A stretch of DNA of 64,000 bases from Kofleriaceae bacterium. Lineage in GTDB: Bacteria; Myxococcota_A; Polyangia; Haliangiales; Haliangiaceae. Position numbers and translations under genes: made by a program. The stretch lies in the NCBI GenBank assembly GCA_035500135.1, contig DATJXL010000089.1:7645-71644 (forward strand). The letters run 5' to 3'. The notes under the pieces were generated by a model. It did no database searches, was not told where the DNA came from, and saw nothing but the letters and a program-made list of their open reading frames with translations. Shown piece after piece: positions 1 to 10,509 of the stretch; position 1 is the first letter of the stretch; each line of letters starts with the position of its first letter.

Positions 1-910
1 GCGAGCGCAGCGAGGAATCGCGATCCCCGCCGGTGTACAGGAACGACAGGTAGCGCACGATCGCGATCCGCGGCCGCGTGCGGCTCGTCGGCCGGTAGAC
101 GCACAGGTTGATGCCGACCTCGCTGACCGCATACGCGCCGTAGTCGATCGGATCGCAGCTGATCTCGGCGAGCGGCGGCGCGTGGTCGATGTTGGGATGC
201 GGATGCGTGCTCGCGTGCGTGCCGAACTGCAACGTGATGTCGTGGCGCGCGCCACCGCGCGCCAGCGTCAGCACGCGGCGGTCGCCTTCTCGCCGCGGCG
301 TCCACGGCACGGTGACGTCGGCGACCGTCGCGAGGATGTCGGCGAGCGCGTCGGCCGGCGCGAGCGACCGCGCCTCGAACCGGTTGGCCGCGACCCAGCC
401 CGCTAGCGGCGTGCCGTCGACCGCGACGACCGAGTCGCCGACCGCGATGTCTCCGCCGACGTCGGGGGCGACGGCGACGACGCGCAGCTCGGGCGCTGCG
501 AACGTGCCGCCGGGCCATAGCTCGATGCCGAGCTCGAGCCGCTGCTCCGCGGTTCCCGGCGGTGGATCGACGTAGCAGTGACCGTCGCGCAGGCTGTTTT
601 GCAGGTGAGCGAACGCGACGAGCCTCTGATCTCGGGTCGTGGCGCGCACGAGCTCGTCGCGCAAGCCCGGCACGTCGTCGCGCCAGGGGTGGCCGACGTT
701 TCGCTCGTAGCTCGCCGCGAAGTCGTGGTCGCGCTCGACGCGGGACACGAGCCGGTCGAACGGCGCGAGCTCGGGAGCGGGGGTGGGCGGCGCCGGCGGT
801 GCGCCTGTCTGGTCGCCGACACGGCTGTTGCAGCCCAGCACGAGCGCGAGCGCGACCAGCGAGCGGGCGGGAGCCGCTGGTCGCGAGGGCGTAGCCGAGG
901 ATCCCTGCAT
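1..910 (-). CDS. Lipoprotein, S41 (tail-specific / C-terminal processing) peptidase-like. Only the N-terminal part is present; the gene continues past the window start.
   Basis: Absent from the ORF track because it has no stop inside the window. Minus-strand ATG at 910-908, and I found no in-frame stop in any triplet down to base 2. N-terminus MQGSSATPSRPAAPARSLVALALVLGC is a signal peptide plus lipobox. PDZ-like GDIAVGDSVVAVDGTPLAGW and RIAIVRYLSFLY resemble S41 peptidases. GC3 is near-saturated. Track ORF 403..942(-) is a different, Arg-rich frame. Confidence 0.55.
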   Translation of the reverse strand, partial: MQGSSATPSRPAAPARSLVALALVLGCNSRVGDQTGAPPAPPTPAPELAPFDRLVSRVERDHDFAASYERNVGHPWRDDVPGLRDELVRATTRDQRLVAFAHLQNSLRDGHCYVDPPPGTAEQRLELGIELWPGGTFAAPELRVVAVAPDVGGDIAVGDSVVAVDGTPLAGWVAANRFEARSLAPADALADILATVADVTVPWTPRREGDRRVLTLARGGARHDITLQFGTHASTHPHPNIDHAPPLAEISCDPIDYGAYAVSEVGINLCVYRPTSRTRPRIAIVRYLSFLYTGGDRDSSLRS

Positions 911-1010
911 CCTGCGCTCCTCGATCTTACCCGCTTTCCCAACGCGGACGGACGGTGTAGAACCTAGCCCTCGCAAGGCCAACGACCGGCCAAAGGAAAT
1001 CATCGCGCAC

Positions 1011-1037
1011 ATGCAGCAGAGCCACGTGTACTCATGA
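1011..1037 (+). promoter_or_regulatory. Candidate 8-codon leader uORF (MQQSHVYS*) translationally coupled to infC
   Basis: ATG at 1011. The TGA at 1035-1037 overlaps the infC ATG at 1034-1036 (tcATGa). A purine tract AAAGGAAA (992-999) lies about a dozen nt upstream of the uORF ATG, whereas no SD-like tract precedes the infC ATG. Confidence 0.3.
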
Positions 1038-1759
1038 ACGTTCGACCGCCTGGAGGGCGATTCGATCGCCGCCGCCCGGAGCAGGGCCTTCGTATCAATC
1101 AACGGATTCGTGTTCCCGAGGTCCGGGTCATCTCGGACGAGGATCAGCTCGGGGTGATGCCCACCCACGAGGCCTTGCGTCTCGCCGAGGAGAAGGGGCT
1201 CGACCTCGTCGAGATCTCGCCTCGCGCGTTCCCGCCGGTCTGCCGGATCATGGATTACGGCAAGTACAAGTACGAGGAAGCGAAGAAGAAGCAGCAAGCT
1301 AGAAAGCGTGCTTCGACGGTGGAGACCAAGGAGATCAAGTTCCGCCCGAAGACGGAGGAGCACGATCTCGCCTTCAAGGTGAAGCACGTGCGCCGCTTCC
1401 TCGAGGCCGGCAACAAGGTCCGGCTCGCGGTCGTGTTCCGCGGCCGCGAGATCACGCACCCGCAGACCGGCATGGCGATGCTCAACAAGGTGGTCGACCT
1501 GTGCAGCGACATCGCGGCGGTCGAGGCCACTCCGAACATGGAAGGCCGGCGCATGATCATGGTCATCGCGCCCAAGCCGGGGGTGGTGCGCAAGGCGCAG
1601 GAGGCCAAGAAGGCCCAGGCGGCCGCGCAGGCCGCGGCCGAGGCCGCCAAGCGGACCCAGCAGCCGGGCAAGCCGGCCCCGCAGCCCGAGCCGGAAGAAG
1701 ACGAGGACTTGGACGAGGACGCGATCAACGCGGACGTCGAAGACGACGAAGACGAATAG
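1034..1759 (+). CDS. infC: Translation initiation factor IF-3 with a ~60-aa Ala/Gln- then Asp/Glu-rich C-terminal extension
   Basis: IF3 motifs LRINQRIRVPEVRVI, LDLVEISPRAFPPVCRIMDYGKYKYE, KEIKFRPKTEEHDLAFK and VFRGREITH. Followed by rpmI-rplT as in the canonical operon. No in-frame ATT/ATC start exists upstream after the stop at 965. Confidence 0.95.
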   Translation: MNVRPPGGRFDRRRPEQGLRINQRIRVPEVRVISDEDQLGVMPTHEALRLAEEKGLDLVEISPRAFPPVCRIMDYGKYKYEEAKKKQQARKRASTVETKEIKFRPKTEEHDLAFKVKHVRRFLEAGNKVRLAVVFRGREITHPQTGMAMLNKVVDLCSDIAAVEATPNMEGRRMIMVIAPKPGVVRKAQEAKKAQAAAQAAAEAAKRTQQPGKPAPQPEPEEDEDLDEDAINADVEDDEDE

Positions 1760-1853
1760 GGAATCGGGAACCGGGAACCGGAATTCGGAACTCCTTGTTC
1801 CGCTTCCCTATTGCCTATTCGGTCCCGATCAGCCATAAACCCCGTCCTCTGTC
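1759..1853 (+). promoter_or_regulatory. Structured infC-rpmI leader with five tandem heptads that can hairpin; possible L20 operator or attenuator
   Basis: GGGAATC GGGAACC GGGAACC GGAATTC GGAACTC (1759-1793) is followed by complementary GTTCC GCTTCCC ... CGGTCCCGATC (1797-1830). GGAAC/GTTCC closes a 5-nt loop. No T-run follows, so it is not a classical terminator. Confidence 0.3.
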
Positions 1854-2051
1854 ATGCCGAAGGTCAAGACTCACTCCGGCGCCAAGAAGCGGTTCAAGAA
1901 GACCGCGTCGGGTAAGTTCAAGTTTCAGCGCGTGTTCAAGCGCCACTTGCTGACGAATCGGAGCAAGAAGCGCAAGCGTCAGCTCCGCAACGCGGCGTAC
2001 GTGCCACCCGCGCACCATCACCAGATCGACGTTCTGCTCCCGTACGGATGA
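1854..2051 (+). CDS. rpmI: 50S ribosomal protein L35
   Basis: MPKVKTHSGAKKRFKKTASGKFKFQRVFKRHLL is the canonical L35 N-terminus. Position between infC and rplT. Confidence 0.95.
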   Translation: MPKVKTHSGAKKRFKKTASGKFKFQRVFKRHLLTNRSKKRKRQLRNAAYVPPAHHHQIDVLLPYG

Positions 2052-2067
2052 GACCGAGGAAGTAGCC

Positions 2068-2406
2068 ATGCCCCGCGCAAAACGAGGATTCAAGGCCCGC
2101 CGCCGCCGCAACCGCGTGCTCAAGTGGGCGAAGGGCTTCCGCGGCAAGCGGAGCAAGTGCCATGCGATCGCGAACGAAGCCGTTCAGCACGCGTGGATGC
2201 ACATGTATCGCTCGCGCAAGGTGCGCAAGCGCGACTTCCGCGCGCTGTGGATCCAGCGCATCAACGCGGCGTCGCGCAACCTCGGCGTCAGCTACTCCAA
2301 GCTGATGGGCAAGCTCGGCAGCGCGAACATCCAGCTCAACCGCAAGATGCTCGCGGAGATCGCGATCAGCGATCCGGTCGCGTTTCAGCAGATCGCCACC
2401 GCGTAG
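2068..2406 (+). CDS. rplT: 50S ribosomal protein L20
   Basis: MPRAKRGFKARRRRNRVLKWAKGFRG...FRALWIQRINAA is the canonical L20 sequence. Confidence 0.97.
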   Translation: MPRAKRGFKARRRRNRVLKWAKGFRGKRSKCHAIANEAVQHAWMHMYRSRKVRKRDFRALWIQRINAASRNLGVSYSKLMGKLGSANIQLNRKMLAEIAISDPVAFQQIATA

Positions 2407-2532
2407 GCGAAAACGGCCGCGCACGTCGCGGGCGTCGTTGTCGCTGCGCTTCCGGTCCTCGCGTACAGTCGTACGCTCCGGTCCGGTTCTCGCTCCGCCT
2501 CGCCGGCGACGTTCCTCGCTCGGTTTCGCGTC

Positions 2533-3560
2533 ATGAAGGCTCAGCTGATCTCGCAACTCGAAGAGCTTGCTCTGCAGTTCGAGCAGGTCGTCCAGCCGCT
2601 CGCCGACGAGCAGGCCATCCGCGCCGCGCAGGCGCAGTTCCTCGGCAAGAAGGGCAAGGTGTCCGAGCTGATGAAGGAGCTCGGCAAGCTGCCCGCCGGC
2701 GACCGGCCCGCGGTCGGCGCCGCCGTCAACAAGGTCAAGCAGACGATCGAGGGCCAGGTCGCGGCGCGCCTCGGCGAGCTCGCGGCCGCGGCAGCCCAGG
2801 CCGACCTCGCGCGCACGGTCGACGTCACGCTGCCGGCGCGGCCGGTCGGCGGCGGCCACCTGCACTTGCTCACGCTCGTGCGGCAGGAGGCGGTGCAGAT
2901 CTTCGCCGAGCTCGGCTTCGTGGTCGCCGAAGGCCCGCAGATCGAGACCGACTGGCACAACTTCGAGGCGCTCGGGATCCCCGGCGACCACCCCGCGCGC
3001 GACATGCAGGACACGTTCTTCGTGTCCGAGGAGATCGTGCTGCGCACGCACACGAGCCCGGTGCAGATCCGCACGATGCTCACGCACAAGCCGCCGATCC
3101 GCATCGTGGCGCCCGGGCTCGTCTACCGCCGCGACGACGACGCGACGCACAGCCCGATGTTCACGCAGATCGAAGGCCTCGCGGTCGACGAGGGCATCTC
3201 GTTCGGCGATCTCAAGGGCACGCTGCTCCACTTCGTGCAGCGGTTCTTCCGCAAGGACCTCGGCATCCGGCTGCGGCCGAGCTACTTCCCGTTCACCGAG
3301 CCGTCGGCCGAGGTCGACATGCAGTGCAGCTTCTGCGGCGGCTCGGGCTGCCGGCTGTGCAAGCACACCGGCTGGATCGAGATCGGCGGCAGCGGCATGG
3401 TCGATCCGGTCGTGTTCGAGCACTGCGGCATCGACGCCGAGCGCTACACCGGCTTCGCGTTCGGCATGGGCATCGAGCGCATGGCGATGCTCCGCCACGG
3501 CGTCAACGACATCAAGTTCTACTACGAAGGCGACATCCGGTTCCTGGAGCAGTTCGAACC

Positions 3561-3564
<4 letters not shown>
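2533..3564 (+). CDS. pheS: Phenylalanine--tRNA ligase alpha subunit
   Basis: Class II aaRS motifs: HPARDMQDTFF, RTHTSPVQIR, GLVYRRDDDATHSPMFTQIEG, FPFTEPSAEVD, GSGMVDP and FAFGMGIERMAML. Confidence 0.97.
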
Positions 3565-5978
<2,414 letters not shown>

Positions 5979-5987
5979 GATAGCGGC

Positions 5988-6752
5988 GTGGGCTATCCGT
6001 TCGGGCGCTGGGTGATGATCGATCGTCTTCCGGACGAGCCGATCATCGCGTTCGTCTATCTCGATCCGCACGCGGGGCCGTCGGCCAAGGGTGGCCTCGC
6101 GAGCGAGCCGACGATCGCGACGATGCCATCGCGTACGGTGCGGCTGTCGCCGCAGTGGCAGCTGACCGAGCTCAGCGACGCCGAGGCCGCCGCGCGCCAG
6201 CTGCCGGCGCGCCCGACCTGGCTCGATCACTACGGCCCGCAGCCGCAACCCGAGTCCCCGTGGCACCGCGATCCGCTGCTCGCCGGCAAGTTCCACGCGC
6301 AGTACCCCGACGACATCCAGACCCTCGTCCACGACGGCGATCCGCGCCGAACGCGCCGAGGGCCCGAGCTGTGCTGGGTGCGGATCCTGCGCATCGATCG
6401 CGCGCCGACGCGCCGGCTCGACGCCAGCGGGATCGAGCCGAGCCGCCACGTCTACGTCGGCGAGCTCATGAACCAGCCGCACACGCTGACGTCGGTGAAG
6501 CGCGGCGATCGCGTCAAGCTGATCTCGGTCCACGGCCTGCCGCATCCGCTCCACGTCACCGACGACTACCTGCGCGAGCGCGAGGACTGGACGATCACCC
6601 CGTGCGACCGCTGCGGCGCCAGCGAGTGCTTCGACCCGCCGAGCGTGATGGCCCGGGTGCGGTTCCCCGACGCGCCGCCCGGCGCGGTGATCGAGCGATT
6701 CACGTCGTTCTGCTCGCACTGCGGGGGGATCCAGCAGCTCCAGCACACGTGA
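5988..6752 (+). CDS. Hypothetical protein with C-terminal CxxC...CxxC ribbon, inserted between pheT and ihfA
   Basis: 254-aa ORF in a GC3-rich frame. GTG at 5988 (alternative ATG at 6015). C-terminus TPCDRCGASEC...FCSHCGG. I recognise no family. Confidence 0.6.
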   Translation: MGYPFGRWVMIDRLPDEPIIAFVYLDPHAGPSAKGGLASEPTIATMPSRTVRLSPQWQLTELSDAEAAARQLPARPTWLDHYGPQPQPESPWHRDPLLAGKFHAQYPDDIQTLVHDGDPRRTRRGPELCWVRILRIDRAPTRRLDASGIEPSRHVYVGELMNQPHTLTSVKRGDRVKLISVHGLPHPLHVTDDYLREREDWTITPCDRCGASECFDPPSVMARVRFPDAPPGAVIERFTSFCSHCGGIQQLQHT

Positions 6753-6800
6753 TTTTTGAAATCGCGCAAAGACCTGTGTTACTCATGTCTTATGGCGCGA

Positions 6801-7091
6801 ATGACCAAGGCGGACATCATCGAGTCGGTCTACGAGAAAGTAGGCGGCTTCTCGAAGAAGGAAGCCGCCGAGATCGTCGAGACCGTCTTCAACGTGGTGA
6901 AGGAGACGCTCGAGCGCGGCGAGAAGATCAAGATCTCCGGATTCGGCAACTTCGTCGTGCGCGACAAGAAGGACCGCATGGGCCGCGACCCGCAGCGCGC
7001 CGTGCCGATCCTGATCCCCGCGCGCCGCGTGCTGACGTTCAAGCCCAGCCAGGTATTGAAGAACATACTCAACGGCTTGCCGCCGGTCTGA
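6801..7091 (+). CDS. ihfA: Integration host factor alpha subunit (HU/IHF family)
   Basis: MTKADIIESVYEKVGGFSKKEAAEIVE...ISGFGNFVVRDKKDRMGRDP...PARRVLTFKPSQVLK matches IhfA. Position after pheT as in enterobacteria. The ATG at 6801 is preferred over the track start 6756. Confidence 0.9.
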   Translation: MTKADIIESVYEKVGGFSKKEAAEIVETVFNVVKETLERGEKIKISGFGNFVVRDKKDRMGRDPQRAVPILIPARRVLTFKPSQVLKNILNGLPPV

Positions 7092-7117
7092 CGATCGAGT
7101 ACGAAGTCGGTCCCACC

Positions 7118-7191
7118 CGAGGCGTAGCGCAGCCTGGTAGCGCACCAGACTGGGGGTCTGGGGGTCGCAGGTTCAAATCCTGTCGCCTCGA
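7118..7191 (+). tRNA. tRNA-Pro (anticodon GGG)
   Basis: Hand-folded cloverleaf. Acceptor CGAGGCG/CGCCTCG; D arm GCGC-AGCCTGGTA-GCGC; anticodon stem CCAGA/TCTGG with loop CTGGGGG; T arm GCAGG-TTCAAAT-CCTGT; discriminator A. CC is encoded but not the full CCA. Confidence 0.9.
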
Positions 7192-7198
7192 CCGGGAC

Positions 7199-7226
7199 GG
7201 ACGGCTTCCCCAGCCGTCCACCTTTT
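7199..7226 (+). terminator. Intrinsic terminator after tRNA-Pro
   Basis: GGACGGC-ttcccca-GCCGTCC stem-loop followed by ACCTTTTC. It lies between the plus-strand tRNA and the convergent minus-strand lipoprotein gene. Confidence 0.55.
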
Positions 7227-7246
7227 CGGCCGGGCGCCGGTGTCGC

Positions 7247-7414
7247 TCAATAGTAGTGCCACCGGCAGCGATAGCCGTCCCAGTAGTAACCCGTTCGACA
7301 GCGGTAGCCGTAGGAGTAGTAGGTCGGGGTATAGGCCGGGTGAGACTCGACGTAGCAGCCGGCGAGCACGCCGGTGAGCGAAGCGACCGCGAGCAGTTTC
7401 TTCAGGAGACGCAT
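7247..7414 (-). CDS. 55-aa Tyr/Gly/Arg/Cys-rich mini-lipoprotein
   Basis: MRLLKKLLAVASLTGVLAGC (lipobox) followed by YVESHPAYTPTYYSYGYRCRTGYYWDGYRCRWHYY. It is the real 3' end of shadow ORF 7247..8491(-). ATG at 7414-7412. Confidence 0.6.
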   Translation of the reverse strand: MRLLKKLLAVASLTGVLAGCYVESHPAYTPTYYSYGYRCRTGYYWDGYRCRWHYY

Positions 7415-7474
7415 GATCGCGGATGCAGCATGCGCCGTGCCGGGATCGCATAGACTGCGCCGAGGCAACGATCG

Positions 7475-8245
<771 letters not shown>

Positions 8246-8249
8246 CGCC

Positions 8250-8582
8250 GTGACGAAGATCTGGATCGTGCTCGCGCTCGCCGCATGCGGCGCGCCGAGC
8301 AAGCAGCCGCCGGCGCCGATCCCGCCGCAGCCGGTCGCGAGCTGCGACAGCGTGCGCGGCAAGGTCGAGCAGCTGTATCGCGCCGAAGCCGAGGCCAAGG
8401 AGCCACGCCGCGTCGACGACGCGGTCGCCGACAACACGCACATGGTCCTGGTCGACTGTGCGAAGGATCCGGCGCGCGAGGTCGAGTGCATCGATCACGT
8501 CGCGACCGTCGGCGAGCTCGAGCATCGTTGCCTCGCGCCACTCGATCCCGAAGGCCGCGAAGGGGAGGCGCTCGCGCGATGA
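8250..8582 (+). CDS. Cys-containing lipoprotein, unknown function
   Basis: GTG start. MTKIWIVLALAACG lipobox, with four further Cys. GC3-rich frame. Confidence 0.6.
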   Translation: MTKIWIVLALAACGAPSKQPPAPIPPQPVASCDSVRGKVEQLYRAEAEAKEPRRVDDAVADNTHMVLVDCAKDPAREVECIDHVATVGELEHRCLAPLDPEGREGEALAR

Positions 8583-8977
8583 CCCGACTCGCGCTCGTGG
8601 TCGCGCTCGTCGCGTGTGGCGGCTCGCAGCCACCACCGGCGCAGCCGGAGCCGCAACCGCAGGGCCCGACCGACACGCGCAGCCCGATCGAGAAGCGCCG
8701 CGACGCTGCGTGCGACGTCGTGGCCAAGCGGACGTCCGCCTGCGCGGCCGAGAGCGAGAAGGCGCTGCTCGCGGCTGGCAAGATCTCGCAGCAGGAGTAC
8801 GCGGAGGCCACCGATCCGAGGGTCATCGCCAAGGCGGCCGACATGTACGCCGAGAAGTGCAAGTCGCGGGACTACTCGTCCCGACAGATCCGCGTGCTCG
8901 AGAAGTGCCCGCAGTACGAATCCGAGTGCACCCCGTTCTTCCAGTGCCTCGATAACGTCCAACCGCAAGCCAAGTAG
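8579..8977 (+). CDS. Cys-rich lipoprotein, unknown function
   Basis: ATG at 8579 overlaps the previous stop (ATGA). MTRLALVVALVACGG lipobox, with seven further Cys (EKCPQYESECTPFFQC). Real part of track ORF 8285..8977. Confidence 0.65.
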   Translation: MTRLALVVALVACGGSQPPPAQPEPQPQGPTDTRSPIEKRRDAACDVVAKRTSACAAESEKALLAAGKISQQEYAEATDPRVIAKAADMYAEKCKSRDYSSRQIRVLEKCPQYESECTPFFQCLDNVQPQAK

Positions 8978-8993
8978 CGCTACTCTCGCGGCC

Positions 8994-10085
8994 ATGAAAT
9001 GGCTCTCGCTCGCGCTCGTCACCGTGGCCGCACTCGCCGGCTGCACCAAGAAGAAGGAAGAAGCACCGGCGGGTGGCGGTAGCGCCGGCTCGGCGGCGCC
9101 GGCCAAGCCCGCGCAGCGCCCGTCGCAGCTGCCGCTCGCGCAGCTGCCCGCGCTCGACCTGCCGGCCGATGCGAAGCGCGCCGAGAAGGTCGCGCTCGGC
9201 CACGTGCTGTTCTTCGACCAGCGACTGTCCGCGAACAACGATCGCTCGTGCTACTCGTGCCACCAGAACGAGGACGGCAACGGCGGCCACGATCCGCTCG
9301 CGATCGGCTCGGGCGGAAAGCCGCTCACGCGCCACGCGCCCGTGATCTGGAACGTCGGCTACTTCAAGAGCTCGTTGTACTGGGACGGCCGCGCGGCGTC
9401 GCTCGAGGACAACGCGAAGGGCGCGTGGGGCGGCGGCAACATGGGCGTCGGCAAGGACAACCTCGACAAGAAGGCGGCCGAGATCGCCGCGATTCCCGGC
9501 TACAAGAAGCTGTTCGAGGCCGCCGGCTTCACCGGCGACATCAAGGCCGATCAGGTCGCGCAGGCGCTCTCGGAGTACGAGCGCACGCTGATCTGCAAGG
9601 ACACGCGTTACGACAAGTTCGCGGCCGGTGACAAGACCGCGATGAACGACCAGGAGCAGCGCGGGCTCGACGTGTTCCTCGGCAAGGGCAAGTGCTTCAT
9701 GTGCCACGCGCCGCCGTTCTTCACGCAGGCGATGGGCGTCGACAACGTCGCGTTCTTCAACGTCGGCATCGGCACGTCGGGCGTCGCCGACGACAAGGTC
9801 GATGTCGGCCGCATGAAGATCTCGAACAACACCGCCGATTGGGGCGCGTTCAAGCCGCCCAGCCTGCGCAACATCACGAAGAGCGCGCCGTACTTTCACG
9901 ACGGCTCGGTCGCCAAGCTCGACGACGCGGTCAAGCTGATGGCGAGCGGCGGCATCGCGAACAAGAACAAGACGCCGCTCCTGAGCGACGCCGGCCTCAG
10001 CGACGCCGAGCGCGGCGATCTGCTCGCGTTCCTCGCGACGCTCGACTGCCCGGGCAAGCTCGAGCAGCCGGCGAGCATGCCGTAG
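8994..10085 (+). CDS. Di-haem cytochrome c peroxidase (CCP/MauG family), lipoprotein
   Basis: MKWLSLALVTVAALAGC. Two CxxCH haem motifs (CYSCH, CFMCH). PSLRNITKSAPYFHDGS is typical of bacterial CCP. Real part of track ORF 8616..10085. Confidence 0.9.
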   Translation: MKWLSLALVTVAALAGCTKKKEEAPAGGGSAGSAAPAKPAQRPSQLPLAQLPALDLPADAKRAEKVALGHVLFFDQRLSANNDRSCYSCHQNEDGNGGHDPLAIGSGGKPLTRHAPVIWNVGYFKSSLYWDGRAASLEDNAKGAWGGGNMGVGKDNLDKKAAEIAAIPGYKKLFEAAGFTGDIKADQVAQALSEYERTLICKDTRYDKFAAGDKTAMNDQEQRGLDVFLGKGKCFMCHAPPFFTQAMGVDNVAFFNVGIGTSGVADDKVDVGRMKISNNTADWGAFKPPSLRNITKSAPYFHDGSVAKLDDAVKLMASGGIANKNKTPLLSDAGLSDAERGDLLAFLATLDCPGKLEQPASMP

Positions 10086-10088
10086 CCG

Positions 10089-10505
10089 CTACCGCGCTTT
10101 GGCCTGGTTCAGCGCGACCGCGGCGCGCACGAGCGCCACGAGCGCCTGCTCGTCGACTGTTTCGCCCTCGCGGAAGTCGATCGCGCGCCGCGTGTTGCCT
10201 TCGAGGCTGGAGTTGAACATGCGCGTCGGATCGGCGAGTGCCGCACCCTTGGCGAACGTCATCTTCACGACCTGCTTGTAGGTCTCGCCCGTGCAGATGA
10301 TGCCGTCGTGCGACCACACCGGTACGCCGCGCCACTTCCACTCCTCGACGACGTCGGGATCGGCTCGGTGGACGAGCGCGCGGAGCCGGCCGAGCAGCTT
10401 GCCGCGCCAGTCGGCGAGCTCGGCGATTCGCGCGTCGATCCGCTTCGAAGCGGAACCAGGTGCAGCAGACTTCGGTTTGGCCGCGCGCTTCTTCTTGCCG
10501 GGCAT
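10089..10505 (-). CDS. DUF1801 (YdhG-like) domain protein
   Basis: 138 aa. ADWRGKLLGRLRALVHRADPDVVEEWKWRGVPVW...MTFAKGAALADP is the pattern typical of DUF1801. Confidence 0.8.
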   Translation of the reverse strand: MPGKKKRAAKPKSAAPGSASKRIDARIAELADWRGKLLGRLRALVHRADPDVVEEWKWRGVPVWSHDGIICTGETYKQVVKMTFAKGAALADPTRMFNSSLEGNTRRAIDFREGETVDEQALVALVRAAVALNQAKAR

Positions 10506-10509
10506 GTCG

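Noticed and set aside
403-942. 179-aa minus ORF at the window start
   Set aside because: Wrong frame (Arg/Ser/Pro-rich). The adjacent frame starting at 910 has a lipoprotein signal, PDZ-like sequence and saturated GC3, and stays open to the window edge.
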